The notes: generated by a model not told the origin, from the letters alone. A stretch of DNA of 57,281 nt, filler included, from Platydemus manokwari (GCA_037951405.1; 5 parts of 5 records of this genome joined end to end with filler, not necessarily neighbours in it), one strand, 5' to 3'; positions 1 to 14,639 are shown, counted from the first letter of the whole stretch. Translations and numbers: made by a program.

Positions 1-140
1 ATATTACGTCATTTCTCGATAATAGGACTTTTCATAAAATCATATTCATATTTCTATTGATACAAAATAATATACCCAATAAAATTAACATGAAATACAA
101 TACAATACAAATTCATAATAAAATGCTAGATTCCATATTC

Positions 141-245
141 CAGAGGTGGCCAATCGGTCGATCTTGAAGCCAATTTTAGTCGATCGCGTGAGATGTTATT
201 CAAATGAAAAGTCTTTCTTACGTACACAAAAGTTGGCCACCTCTG
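141..245. mobile_element. hAT-family MITE (105 bp)
   Basis: Perfect 13-bp TIRs CAGAGGTGGCCAA ... TTGGCCACCTCTG, flanked by a perfect 8-bp TSD CCATATTC (133-140 and 246-253). Confidence 0.9.
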
Positions 246-3200
246 CCATATTCCAATACTGGTCGATATACATTGAAAATAATGAAAATACTTAAGCACA
301 AAATTGAATTACATTTGCTATATCTAAATGCTATATATAAATTTGTCACTGGTTATGATTGATAAAACAAAATCCTTTATCCCAAATCCCAAAAGAATAA
401 AATGTTGTTTCACATCGATTTCGTTGACTTATATATTGATGGAATTTGATGATGACTATGATTTATTATCTTTTGGGATTGAGATATGGATTAACAATCC
501 TACCAATATCCAACTCTTAGTAGCGCCGAAAGGTAGGTCGTGTGTACTAATAAATTTAATGTATAGATAACAATAACTGAAGACTAGTAAAGTTTATTTG
601 CAAATTTATAATCACAATAAAATTAATATCAATACAATACAGTGTGTGATGTGATAATGTTTTTACTTGGCCCTGTAATACCCTGAAGATATGAAGTAAC
701 TAGTAATAGGAAATAATGCAACCTAACTCTGGTGGAAGAGTTCAGTGGAAAAGTATTTTAGAAAGAAGCCAAATTTTCTTTAAGAACTTTGACTAGGTTA
801 GTCAATTAACAATTCCCCTTAATTAAAAATAAAGAAATTATTCATGATCTGGAAATGTCTTATGGAGCTTTTTTTCATTCTGAAACTTTTATCAATTATC
901 TCGTACTATTTAATACTCCTTTTAAACTATTTTTGTGCTTAGATTCTCCGTGTTTGTTTATGATTGATTGTTGTTGTTTTTATTTACAGTCTTTTTATAT
1001 GGCACCATAATAACTGTGTAAGTTGTCATGGAAACTTGCAATTCACCATGGCTTATTATTAATATTTTTTGGATTTGTGTTAACGTGTTCTTGGTTTATA
1101 TACTGAAAATTTCCATTGATTACAATTAGTCTGCTTTACATGAATTACAATTTATGATTTACTAATTTTAATTTTTTTCAAATGATTTGAAATTTTATAA
1201 TTTACAATTTCAATTGTTTTACATTTGTGAAGTTGTTGGAAGCATTTTGTGAAGAATATTATTAATGAAAAGTTTATAATGCAAATTTTTAATAATATTT
1301 TATCTTTTGAAAAACATCGATTACGCTTCATGAGATTTAATTGCATGAAGCTTTTTAGAATTGATTTCTCAAATTTATTTTTAAGGTTGATATAGCTTCT
1401 TAAAGTTAGAAGTCGAAAATGGTTGTGCAACGTGTAATGTGAGATTATACTTGAAAAACAATGTGTGAGATTTTTATTGAGAACTGAATGAAAGTATTTG
1501 AAATAGTATTTGAAATGAGATCGACTTGAGAATTGATTGAGATTTTTATTATTGATTGATTAAAGATTTATAAGAATTACTCTAGCTGATTTCTTATAAA
1601 TTTATCTCCTTAATTTGAATGATTTTACATAATTAGCTTAAATGATATTGATATGTGATATGATTTCTTATTTATAATTCTTACAACATTGGATAAATTT
1701 TCTTCATATCTTCTGAATTAATTTATTTTTTTAATTTATATTTTTATTATTTAAATAATGTTTCAATAACGCGACATTGAAAATTAATTATTGAATTACC
1801 TAATAAAATAACCAACATTGTTACCCTAAAACTCTTATTTTTGCCGACTGCAAGCATACACACCTATATTATTGTTCAAACACGTCCTTTTGATTAGTCT
1901 ACTCACACTGGACAGCAAGCAAATTCGTTAGGCATCATTAATTTTTACTGATTGTCAGCTCTATGTCCAGATGGTGCGGTGGAAATTTGTATATGGAGCC
2001 TTTTAGAGTGTTTGGAGTGCCTCATAAACCTGCGATAAATTACATTTCAAAACTATATTATGAGTGAAAAAGACACTAAGCTTAATGTTTTCTTTTCCAA
2101 CTCAAAGATGGCTAGGGTTTTGTTCTCAGAGTCACACTGTTTAAGAATGTCATTATTCAATACATTTATTTAGGTGTCAAGAAAATTTTTACTGCAAATC
2201 TTAGATATTCGATTTGTTTACTTGGTTAAGTTTTTCAACACAATTGTGAAGTCTAAATTCAAAGTAATAGGTAAGTGCAGAGCAGTAATCATGGCAACTA
2301 GATTAAATATCAATCTTAAGCAACACATTTGTAATCGAACAATAAATAGTTTTTGAATCGAGTTTCCCACAAGATAGTTTTCAGAAGAATATCAGCTGAA
2401 AGTTTGTCTCAGTCATTGAAGAGCTTTATTCAATTCCGAAGTGCGAAAGGTGTCATGACGATAATTGTTATAGTGAAACATTTCAAGTATGTGCAATATG
2501 TATTCACCAATATTACTTTGTTTTAACACTCTCGTAATTCTGCCATAATTTGAAAACCACCACATAGTTTATTTGGAAGGTAAAGGAACGAGTTAATGAT
2601 GCTATTAACGACCTAGTAATATAGAATTTCAAATAATCATAAAAAAATAATCATGGGAAAATCAAAACTTAAAACAAGCTATTGAAATCAGAAAAAAGAA
2701 GTCATTAAATCCTGTATATTCTAGCTGAAAGGAAGCCAGATGTGACAAGAGACTGATGCCGCAATCTGAATCATCGATTATGGACTTGGTTTTATCAAAC
2801 GATATTAATTAATGACTCAGTGTGGTTAATGATTTTTAAATTACGCAATATGGTACCAAAAGTAAACAATCTGGGATGTAGAAGTTTTAGCCCATAACAG
2901 AATTAAGTTGGTCATACATCATATAAGCATGTACATCGATATGAATGAATCTTGAAATCTGGATCGATTGATAGGAAAGCTAAAGGATCACCATATTATT
3001 TCTTTAAATGTTATATCCCGATCATAAAATTCATTTTAAAAGAAATAAACTGACTAGTCATGATGATAAGCGTATCATTAATAATTGACAGAAAGCAAAA
3101 GAGCAGAATAATAATTTTATTTATAAAAATTATAATTTGAAATTATAATTCAAAATCTATTGTTGTATATTAAAAAATAATTTTTCAATTACCTTTATCA

Positions 3201-3386
3201 TCGAATTTTAATTATCTTTATCAAATTATAAATATCCGAGATAATAATATTTTGATGAAAAAATAAGATGACCAACAAGCCAATAAAATTTCAAGATATA
3301 ATCTTTAATAATTACACATTAAAATAACAAATAAAATTGTCTCAGCACAAAAATATTTAAAACCAATTTATTACTATAAATTAAAT

Positions 3387-6300
3387 TCATATATAATGAG
3401 GAGTTTCTTGGCCAGTAAGAAGACGAAAAATAGAGGTTGGCATGGTACGAATATGAATCTGAATAAATGAATTAAAAATCTAAAATCCAATGTTTTCTGA
3501 TTTACTTCTCCCACAGCTGTGGCAAGCATATTTACAATTTTTTCATGTGACACAGCAACAACACTGACACCATTGATTTCAATAATATGATGTCCAACTC
3601 GAACCCCGCCTCGTTCCGCAATACCACCTCTCAACAAACTACATATCACACCATTTTGAACACTAAATCCTAATTGATATTTGGAATCTGGCCTCCGGAT
3701 ATGAACTTCAACTACCGGTGGACAATTTACGACAGTTACTTTGACTGCAGTTTGAAGTTTGCATCTCTAGGGTGATTTAATAATGACAAAATCGGAAAAA
3801 ATAAAATATGAATTATTAAAAATTCATGTAATTATTAAGATCAATTTATATCAAAATATTTAATCAAGTGACAAACAAAAAAATATACGAATTCTTTAAG
3901 CTATGAAATATTTGATTGTGGTTGTCTAATTTATTAATAAAAGATTTTTTGTGTGCAGAAATTTCACAATAAAATAATAAATCGAGAATAAATAATAGAT
4001 CATTTTTAATAAGAATATTATAATCTCCATATAGCTTCAAGCGTGTAACCGAGACGTCCTTATGAAACTTGATTCAATTCCTTTATTTTTATTGATTTAA
4101 TTTACAATTGGTATTGTAGAGTGCCTATTTTGAATTTGGTTAGAAATTCCATCACCATGAAATCATTTGCATATTATGGATTTTTTTTATCAATCGAATT
4201 TGATTGGTTGTAAATATTCTTGAAATATTATTAGCATTTTTTCATTGGTGCTCCAAAAATATCAAATATATATACACACATGTACATCAACATTCATGAA
4301 AATAATAAAAATATTTCATTTATTACTATTTTAATTTTTTTGAAATGAATAAAATCTGTTATTTTCAATTGGCTTGATTCGATGACTTCTTTAATGTTAT
4401 CAATCAATTCCCATATTTTAATGGACTTATCTGGAAGATGAATTTGAAAATATTTTTCAAGTTTTTTGCACATTGAAAATCTTTGTATACTATCAGAATT
4501 ATATCTTCAAACTTTGCAACATGACCAAATCCTTTGGTTCTAATTCTTCGGAAATTTCTACTAGATCTAATTAAAGCTATTCATTTAAGATTAATTTCAA
4601 AACATAAAAATAGTGGTAATAAATGAAATTATTTTTATTATTTTAATGACCGTTGATGTATATATGTGTGCATATATTTGCTATTTTAGAAGCACCAATA
4701 AAAAATGTTAAATATATTTCAAGAATATTTACAACCAATCAAATTCAACCAATGTTAGACAGCGTTTATTTCAAAGTCCTTTGGATGAATGGGTGCGTTA
4801 TCTAACAATAATAGGATTTTACGTCTCTCTGTTTTATTCTGACGTTTAATTTTGTTTAATCTTCATTCAAGACTTTGAAATTCAGTATTAACAAACAGAT
4901 GACTTTTCTATGTCAAAATGTTTAAAGCAACGATATTTCTTTGACTTTCTTATCACTAAAGGTTCAATTTTTCTCCTACCATATTAATTTCCAATAGCAT
5001 TTTGATGCGATATTTAGAAAATTTGTTAGTTTAAAATTATGATTTCCAAAGCACTCTTCCAATTTCAATGCTTTTTATAGCAATATACTATTTCTTGTTC
5101 TACGAGTCTAGACCATTTACACAACATAGCAAACACTTCACAACCACCGCGTACATGTGATTATCTTTTCTGTTTGATATTAAAATTTCATTTCCAAATA
5201 GAATCGCTATATTTTATAAGATCATTTATAAAACGTAATAAGAAAATAGCATTTAAATGAAAGATAGTTTTGAGAAAAATCTTTATCTTTACCGAATAAT
5301 TTGAACAACTTTTGTTTTTTTCAAAGATTAAATCCTTTCCCTTATGTTTTAGATTTATAATAGAGAACAATAAATCAATATTTAACCAATAAAAATGTAG
5401 GAAATATATTTATTTTACACCAATTAATACTCACTTTTCCAAATTAACAACGTCCATATTGTAAGACTAATTTTTAAGAGTTTTTAGTACATTTTGACTT
5501 TAAAAATCATATTAAGCTGTTCGTATTGAACAGGTTTGAGTGTATTTATAATAATTTCAACAAAAATAGAAAAAATAACAGCTAAAAAAGAACAATTTTT
5601 ACAAAAACCAAATAAAAAACCCAATTAACGAAAACCACTTATTTCAATTGAAAGTGAAGCCATTTAAACTTACTTTTATAAGTTGTTGACAATCTGATAA
5701 TGGCAAACCAACAAGACTGTGATTATTAACAGCAATCAATTGGTTTCCAATATTTAATGATCCACATCTCGCAGCAGGTCCATTGGGATTCATGTTGGCC
5801 AAAACAACAGTAGGTAACATGCTACCCCAACCACTTTCAACAATCACCACACCCAATGATTCACCACGTTGTTTTGGAATTATAACCTTGTAAAAATTGA
5901 AAATTAATAACATATATTTCTTCAAATGAAATACTTCTTTGTGTTGATCCTTGTTAGCAAACATTCTTAATTCGTCACCACTAATTTCTTGATCATTCAA
6001 CACATCTTGATAATCCACTTCTTTAAAGATTTTGGGATCATCAATCCCATTAGCTTTCAAAAACTCAATATAAGCAACCTGAAAAGCATTTCCAATAGAC
6101 TGAGCTATTAATTGAGCCTGGAAATAAATATTTTCAATGAAAATAATTCTTGATCAATCTCTATAGATAATATCAAGATATTTGTATATATATCATTGGA
6201 ACCTTTCATACAGGTGGCTCAAAAGTAGATTTACATTTATAGCGTAGATTATTTATTTGAAATTTCGACACTAGAACAATGGGAAATTTGTTATACCTGT

Positions 6301-6951
6301 TAGCATAAACAATTTAATCTTTCAGATGCTCAAAATATCTTCCTTCAACATTTATTTATATTGGTATTACTAAACAAATAGCTTCAACTATATAAAAGGT
6401 AGTTTAATAACTGTAAACCTACTTTTGGGTCATCCTATATATTGTTGAATTAGAGATTAAATAATATTACACATTGACAGTTTATAAATATACAACAACA
6501 ATCCAATGAAATTTATTCATTCGATATAAAAATAAGAATGATTGTGATCGATAAATTCTTTAAAAGATAGATTCCTTCAAAACGAGAATTAATCATCAAA
6601 TGACTATAATTTATTGAATCGAAAAAATTCTGTCTAGATCTTGATCATTTTTATTTCAGATTATTCAACTTGATATGATATCATCACTTCATTTAATTTT
6701 ATGTTGGAGGATAGCATATTGAACATTTCACCCTCGACAATAGGAAGAAAAATAAACAATTGTAAATTATTATTTTAACACACAACAGAAATACACATCA
6801 GAGAGAATGTAAAACTTTTATTCTATTTCTCTTGGTTCAGATTATTTATGAATTGCAAATTCAAAACATAAAAAATTGATTCAAAAATAAAATTTTCAAT
6901 GTAGCTGTATTTTTATTTTTAATGATGAATTTTCTCAATAATTCATTTTTC

Positions 6952-7000
<49 letters not shown>

Positions 7001-7992
7001 TAAGAAATTGATTCTTACTTCATCACTTTCAAAAACGTGACATATGATTCTGTTTAGACATTGATTATTGATTTCGCGATTTTCTGAATGAATTTGTGTT
7101 GAATGAGAAATTCTTCGAGCCATTAAAACAAGAATATTTCCAATATCCGCAATATAAGATATAGTTTTCAAATTATGATCCATCATAATTTCCTTGAATT
7201 AATGTTTCAAAACTATTTCAAAATTATATAAATATCGATTATACCGATAAATTGGTATTAAGGATTAATATTTTTTCTGTTGATACGAAAAGATCAACGG
7301 CAACACTCGGTTGTGATTCAGAATCGGGAGCCTAAATAAAACTGTTATCGAAGAATGTGTTAATTATTGTTAAACATATCAATTACATTTTTGAAAAATC
7401 TGATGACAATTTATGAACAATATTATCATTTCCAATAGGCCTTGAAATATTTCAAAAGAACAAAATGTTCCTCTCACTAATTTACTATTGTTGTTAAATA
7501 TGAAAATTTTTATTCACAAATTTCTTATTTATTTCCTTAAATGATCTTTAATTTTATTTTTATAAACTCTAAAAAGTAGTCATTTAGTTTTTCACAAAAA
7601 ATGAACCAAAATTTTCAAATTCATCTTGTTTATAAAAGATCCCGCTCACATTGAATCAAGAATTACATTATTCAAAAATGGAGACTGATGAAAAATATGT
7701 TATTCTCTATAAATACTGAATAAAGTTAATCTTTTTGTTACAATTTGATCTGACTAGAAGAAGTCCAATTTGAAAACACACTTAGATCTTATAATTCACA
7801 AAATATATTTTAATCCAATCTAAAAAAAGTTAACCATTACTTTAACCCTACCAACAGCCTCTTGTGCCTGAATCATCCTGGTATCTTTTGAAGGTCTATT
7901 GTCGGAAATTAGCTGAGTACTTCCTAAATAATTGGCTCGAAATAATAATCCTTCAATTAGAGTTGTGGGGTAATCAGGATGGCGAACCTTAA
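3387..7992 (-). CDS. lin-10: Mint/X11/LIN-10 (APBA family) adaptor, PTB + 2 PDZ domains; 5' part missing
   Basis: GT-AG exons ~7992-7841, 7331-7245, 7192-7019, 6117-5935, 5886-5674, 3766-3506, 3458-3387. They give [53 protein letters not shown] (PTB), [22 protein letters not shown] (PDZ1), [30 protein letters not shown] (PDZ2) and the C-terminus [20 protein letters not shown]. Confidence 0.96.
4196..4746. mobile_element. Fold-back/MITE-like element with ~150-bp imperfect inverted arms (in a Mint intron)
   Basis: GAATTTGATTGGTTGTAAATATTCTTGAAATAT at 4196 is the reverse complement of ATATTTCAAGAATATTTACAACCAATCAAATTC ending at 4746. Similarity continues inward to about 4350/4590. No clear TSD. 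Confidence 0.75.
4751..5000 (-). pseudogene. pogo/Tigger-type DDE transposase fragment
   Basis: Minus strand gives [19 protein letters not shown] and [15 protein letters not shown]...LSNI, typical Tigger/CENP-B DDE motifs, with frameshifts. Confidence 0.75.
6211..6437. mobile_element. Tc1/mariner-type MITE
   Basis: TA-flanked imperfect TIRs CAGGTGGCTCAAAAGTAGATTTACA ... TGTAAACCTACTTTTGGGTCATCCTA. Confidence 0.65.
6952..7000. repeat. (AAT)n microsatellite in an intron
   Basis: About 16 perfect AAT units; they explain the poly-Tyr tail of ORF 6950..7186. Confidence 0.95.
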
Positions 7993-8469
7993 CTGAAAAA
8001 GTAATTTCTAAATGTTCATCATTTAAGTGTATTGAGCTTAAATAAAATATAATTTTAACCATCAATATATGTCTGTATTTTTTTATTTAGCATTTGATGT
8101 TTATATATCAACAATAGTAACAATATTTTATATCTTGAGATAAATCTAATAATATTAAAAAAATACGAAAAAATTGAATTATATTATAGGATTGATGAAA
8201 TAAAAAGAAATAATGTATTGCATATGTTAGCCGCTACTATTTAAAAAAACCACACATTAAAATCGAACTAAAAAGTCAAGACACAATCAATCTATTTTAA
8301 ATCCAAATATTTCTAATTTTACATTAATTTAATTTTTTATAAAATTGGAAATTCATCTGAATAAAATTGAATAAAATTTGAATAAAATTGTTTTGAATTA
8401 AATTGAAATTCAATTCATATAAAATATCTCACATCTCCAATATTCAAACAAATTATTAAAAGATATTTT

Positions 8470-8720
8470 GCCTAAAGTTAAGAAAATCTATATAGTTTAT
8501 TTCTTTATGGTTTATTCTTTAAAAACATGTTGGATTTTTTATTAAAGTATTTAAGAAGAATTTTATTTGTTTGAAATCAAATATTAAATATAACAGAGTT
8601 TCAAAATATCCTAAAATTTTATTATTTGAACAAGGGATCAAAGTAGGCCAAATTGCAATTTATTGAAAATAGGCGAGAACCCTTTTAACATTTGAAGCAA
8701 CTTGAGCGATCCTCTAAAAT
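8470..8720 (+). repeat. Dispersed repeat, copy A (probable LINE 3' fragment)
   Basis: Reverse-complement similarity to 38340-38600 and part of 23855-24170, e.g. AAAGTAGGCCAAATTGCAATTTATTGAAAATAGGCGAGAACCC. Confidence 0.7.
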
Positions 8721-8931
8721 TTACAATTGTTTGATAGAATAAGTGATACTGGATTATTAAACAAGTCTTTAATTAATTAACTCAAGATATAATTAAAAAA
8801 TTTAAATTTAAAAACTCAAAAAATCATAAAGAAGAACTGAAAAGAGAATAGGAACTTGGCTTGGTGCCTACTCGACATCATTTAATGCGAGATATCAATA
8901 AATAAATCAACTTTCACAAAATAATGAAAAA

Positions 8932-9031
8932 NNNNNNNNNNNNNNNNNNNNNNNNNNNNNNNNNNNNNNNNNNNNTTAATTAATTAANNNNNNNNNNNNN
9001 NNNNNNNNNNNNNNNNNNNNNNNNNNNNNNN
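8932..9031. other. Artificial contig linker N44-TTAATTAATTAA-N44
   Basis: The same 100-bp construct occurs four times; its core has stop codons in all six frames. Confidence 0.97.
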
Positions 9032-9889
9032 GTGTGTCAATGCTTAAATTGCTAAAACAAGGGTTTCAAGGTACGAAATCGTTTTTCTTTTTCAGGATTT
9101 TGTCTTCATTCAACAGTTGGATAGTCACATATTTTACGTACATATTGTCCAATTTCTTATTGGTGGATTTTTTTTATCATCTAAAATTTATTACATTTAT
9201 ACATCAAGATCAAGTTATCAAAACAATTCTGAGATTATAACAAAGGATTTGAATTAATTATTTATTTATGCACAGAGCTTTATAATTGCGCACTACATAA
9301 TATGCGTTAGACTATAGAATTGAATCACATAGCCCTATTAATTTTCTGAGATTGTCACATATGTTAAAAGGTACATCCAGAAGGAACTAGTAATTATTAT
9401 TCTATTTTTTCTGTAATTAAATTATTTTCGTGCAGACTAGCGCGTCAAATGAATTCGTTTGTCAAGTGCTTCATGCTCACCAGAATTATGTTCTTACTAT
9501 TATAATGAAAGAACCTTTGAGTTATCAAAACAAGTTCAATATCATCAGGAAATTTATCTGTCACTGGGATTTACAAATAATAATTTTGATAATCGAATTG
9601 TTCAGTATGCATATAGTTTTTATGAATAGTTTTGCCTTCCGAAGAAAATTTGTGTTTCTCCAAACCAAGCTGATCAGAAATCTTGATTTAATTTAACAAA
9701 TAATTTCATGCTTTCAAGAAAATGTGTTGATTTGAGAAATAGTGAAAGTGAATAAGAGATGAAATTAAATTTTTGGATCACATAGTAAGAAATGATGGAG
9801 AGAAAATAAACACTAATTAAATTGTTGAAATCTTAAATGCTTAAGATCCAAATACATCAGAATAAAGATCAATTGTTGATCTTACAAAA

Positions 9890-12800
9890 TATTACAGGTT
9901 TCGAACTTTCATTTATGGTCACGAGATACACGTACTCGCCGACCACCGAATCTTACAGTGGTTGCTACAGCATTGATACACCTCGTTTATGCTCATCCGC
10001 TGGGTGCTCAAACTACAGAAATACAATATCAAGATATATTACCGCAAGGAAAAAGCTAATGGAAATGCTGATGCTCTCTCGCGCCGACCCGGACACATGA
10101 AATAAATACAGAGAAAGTTTTCGAGGTAATCCACACATTGACTCAAGATGCCGAGGTGAGCAAGTTACAAAAGGAAGATGAAGAAATTCAGGGCTATTTA
10201 TTACAACTAGATAACATTCCCCGGAGTGGGAAACTAATGGGATTATTCATTTGCCTACAGAGCCATCGTGTACGAAGTTTATAAAAAACACCAAGGGAAA
10301 ATTGTGTTTGATAAATATCTGTTGAAGATCGAAGAGGGTGAGAAGAAGCTTATCATAGTACCAAAGGCATTCCAAGAAACGCTTGTCCTACAGAACCACG
10401 ATGAAACAGTAGGTGGACATCTTCCCATCAAAAAGACTTTGTTCAGTTTTCAACAAAAATATATATGGAGAAGTATGAAGAATGATGTCAGACAGTGGTA
10501 CATATCCTGCAAGATATGCCAGAACCGCAGGAATACAGGCAACAAATATCGAATCCCTTTAAGACCTATGCCGATTCCCACTGCTCCCATGGAGATTGTC
10601 GCAATGGATCTCGTTGGTCCCTTGCCACTCACCAACCCGGGCAATGGCTATATATTAGTTTTTTGTGATCATATGACCCGGTGGCCACAGGCCTATGCAA
10701 TACTGGACAAGCAAGCAAGTACGGTTGCCAAAGTCTTTGTGGAAGAAATTGCCTACCGGTACGAGTTACAAAAAAAATCTATTAACAGATTGCGGAACGC
10801 AATTTCTCAACAATACCCTCTATTGCATCAACAGAATGTTTAAAATAACTAATTGAACACTACACCTTACCACCCACAAACTGATGGGTAAGTTGAAAGG
10901 TTCAATGTGATACTGACGAACATGCTGGCATACTACACGAGCACCGCTCAGACCGATAGGGATGTCCACATAGCCTCCTGTTTATTTGTTTATCGAAACG
11001 CTGCTCAGGCCAGCACAGGGTACTCACCTTTCTATTTGATGTATCTGAGACATAGCCACATGCCAATAGATTGGAGATAGAACCAAAGATCTCACAATAC
11101 ATGGAAAAAGAAGATTAAGTGACCGTTATGAAAGAAGGGCTAACTGACGCATGGCAACGGGCACGATTCTCACTGAAATATCAACAGGTTTATGAAAGAT
11201 AATTATTAAAAAAAACAAGCAGGACCACACTTTACAGTTTGGAGACAAGATTATGTTGGAAACTAAAGCCTGTATAAAAAGAATATCTCTCAAATTAAGT
11301 AGACCTTTTAAGGGTCCTTACATTATCGAGAAAGTAACGGAAACAAATTTCGTCATACCCCCATGGGGAAGAGTAATGCGGAACCTATATGGGTACACGT
11401 AAACCGTTGCGAACGGTATGAAGACGTCGTTCAGATTAAAGCAAAAACAACTCAATTGACAAAAATCCAACACGAACCAGATAAAGAAAAAGAAACGACT
11501 ACTACGACAAGTCCGATGACAACATAGGGGCACAGATATCCCCTGCAATCAAAACACATAACGCTACTGATGTTCATGAGTATCATTGTATGTTGCCTGT
11601 AATACGACCAATGTGGACATTCAATTGGAAGGCATATTTGTTAACTATCAATGCTCACCGAGTGCCATCTTAATTCGGCAGAACCAAACTAATAAAAAAG
11701 TAGAGTTTACTCATCAACAATTGTTCGAAACGAGTCTGTGAGAATAATTATCCAACAATGCACCATCAATCCATATTCGGCAAAAGTCATCGACTCTGAG
11801 GATATCCAGATACAACTAAACTCGTTCAACCCAATTGCAACTGTGAAATATAATGCTACCGACATCACTATATCAAAGGAACCAGGTGCTTACTATCATG
11901 TAACAGGGTTCATACGGGACGACGACTTGAATCTGGATGTATTCTCCCTAAGCGACTGAGAGGAACGACAGTACAAGCATTATAGAGACCTGTAATGGAA
12001 ATAAATCAATGCAATACACGTATCGCTTTTGGACAAATCGAATTTCCACAAGTCCTTACTACTCTAATATTGGAAATAGTATTCGACAATGTTTTAAACA
12101 TCATCGGTACTCCTGTTCATGAATATTGTTATAATGTAACAGAGGAATTTATAAACCGATATCTCTCCTTCACTCTGCAAGCGCTCGAGAAGGACAAAGT
12201 GAGAAAGAGGACATTATTTATAGCCACAGGATGGTGGGAACCTCAAGAAACCTAACAAGCAGCGTGGTTACGCCAGCCATTGCTCTCCTTACTATTCTCG
12301 ATTATCAAGGAAAATAAATTTCCGAGTCTCACCTCGCCACTACGTAAAACATTTACGAAACGATTACATCTATAAAGTAAAGGAAACTGATATACTTAAT
12401 CAATGAGATGAAATTTCTTGTATCAAGCAAGTGAACAGGATCGTGGACCAACACATCGTCGTAGAATACAAAGTAACCGAGGTTCTGGAAGTGCTACGAA
12501 TACCGCCCGATCGCCTTTTAGGCATGAGAGACCTAGCAAGAGCGAAATGTATGGCTGCACATGGGCTTGTCAATCTCAACCAATTAAAGATTTATAAAAT
12601 CTTGAAAAAGATTGTACCAGAATAAGAAATAACAAAGCTCCATGAACTAAGGACCACGAATGCTGCGGAAGAAATCAGGTAGATATACCTCAAACTGGAA
12701 AAAGAGTGGGAAGATCACTTTAACCCACAAAAAGTGGCACCGACCATATACGAAGAAACAATGATAGACGAACTCCAGTGCGATATAGATGAAGATGTCA

Positions 12801-13363
12801 CGGCAATATCACCGAATCAATTTATGAATAGCGAGGACATTACTGATGTAACAGAAATCGAGATAGAAGACATCTCCATCGAATAAGCAGAATCTAATCT
12901 CAGGGAAAATGAAATAAATCTCACACAACTAAATCAACAGAAAAGAGGAAGACGACCAAGAAACCCTTCATTCCAAAGCAAATTCATAAATCCATAGTTT
13001 TCGAAAAGAAACGCTGGCATATCACAGCCATCCAATATACAAGTGAAGAAATGGGAGAGGAGATGAATCTCAAATTCAGAAACAAAGCCTTGGAAGAATG
13101 CCAGAAAAAGAAGGCCACCTAGGAAAGGACTCGGATAACAATGATTCTGAACGAGAAGCCGGCAGAACAATCAGGTTTAGTTCAAAGAAAACATTAATCA
13201 TTGATTTTATTCTAGACATTGAGATTATTCCTAAATTGAAAATATAGTGATCACCTTGAACTCTTTCCTTCAATCGTTGTACAATCTCTAATATATGTGT
13301 ATTTATGATTTATTTTTGATGAATGGATTTTTTAGGAACGATAAAACTTGAAAGATGGGGAGA
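9890..13363 (+). mobile_element. Degenerate Ty3/Gypsy internal region: RNase H end, integrase, GPY/F motif, extra ORF, polypurine tract
   Basis: RWVLKLQKYNIKIYYRK..ANGNADALSR (RNase H end); HDETVGGHL...CKICQ (HHCC); MEIVAMDLVGPLP, YHPQTDG*VERFN (integrase core); PFKGPY; PPT AAAGATGGGGAGA directly before TGTAGT. Many stops and frameshifts. Confidence 0.93.
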
Positions 13364-14043
13364 TGTAGTAAGGAACTAACCAGGCCATTTTGACCCAACC
13401 AAAGTATAAAATAAATAGAAATAATAATATAAATTTTTTTCAAAAAATTACAAAATATTCATAAATTTTTTAATTTTGTTTTACTGCATCAATTGTATGC
13501 CAATTTTGATCCGCAGAAGAATTTTATTTTATTATGCATCCCACGAGTAATTTTATTGTCTGTTTAACTAAAGTTCGACTCCCGGCTAGTCTTAGCTTTA
13601 TGGTCTATTAAAATTTATAAGCTCTACTTAAAAATTCTTCACCTTCATTTTTGTCACGAGAGGCACCTAAGCGGTATGCCCTTTTCTGTTTACTTGACTA
13701 ACACTGTTTGCTCCCACAATAGCGAACACCGCCTTGAGAATTTTAAATGGATAGTATTCAGATTATTAATTGTCGATTAATATATTTTATTTTGTTCTAT
13801 TTTCGCATTTTTTCACTATATTTTATCTTACCATTCTATATATTTGAATATTATTTTTTATAAACGAGCGATTAAGCGACAATAAACTCTTATGTGTTTG
13901 GAGTTCAGATAAGTTGAAGAACTAGGGTAACTATATTTGGGAATCTATTTAACGTTATTTAAAACCCTTCTGATAAAATTACAATATTAATTTATACCTT
14001 TTTACAAATTGCACATTTGTAGTTTGAGCTTATTATTACTATA
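13364..14043 (+). mobile_element. Putative 3' LTR of the Gypsy element
   Basis: Starts TGTAGTAA right after the PPT, has AATAAA at 13881, and a candidate end TTACTATA (one mismatch to TTACTACA). The right boundary is uncertain. Confidence 0.55.
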
Positions 14044-14639
14044 ATACAACCCAGCAATCTTTAACAAGATAATGTAACAACAACATGTCTGAAATGAAGT
14101 AAACAACTAAATTAAGTATTTAGAAAAGATAATACTGTCTTGTAACAAGAACCGTAAATAAAAAGAATACTAAATTTCTGTTCCACAGCAGAACATTTAG
14201 AGTTTTATAGCTACCTAAGATCCAAGAAAATTCAACCATAAATATTGCTTACCAGCGCCTTTAATAGTTTAGATTTAATAATGAATTATGTTAAGATAAA
14301 GTTTTCGTTATTGTTAATAATTAAATTAAGGAAATCGGTCTGGAAAATCGTTTTATCTTAAATATGCGTTAATAAGTAATTTGGATCTATGTAAATTCAT
14401 GAAAACAACTAGAAAATTTATTACATGCACCATAATTTAAAATCCGCTTTTAAATTAACAGTTCAATTTTTAAAATTTTGACTGAATTATGAAAATAAAA
14501 ATAAATAAATAATTTAAATTAGAAATCTTGAAAATTTTGTTAAATTAAATCAATTAAGTTCTATTTAATATTTATGTAAATTTGTTGTTACTTGAAATAT
14601 TTTGTTAACACTTTTGATAAAATATAATTTTCCCATAAG

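Noticed and set aside
328-2356. Short AT-rich ORFs from the track (and similar ones elsewhere)
   Set aside because: Low-complexity I/K/F/N-rich translations expected by chance; no motifs or splice support.
1800-2600. Possible hAT transposase fossil
   Set aside because: No diagnostic motif in a consistent order.
6950-7018. Poly-tyrosine protein tail
   Set aside because: Read-through into an intronic (AAT)n microsatellite past the GT donor at 7018.
8976-8987. TTAATTAATTAA palindrome as a biological motif
   Set aside because: Always centred in 44+44 Ns, so it is an assembly linker.
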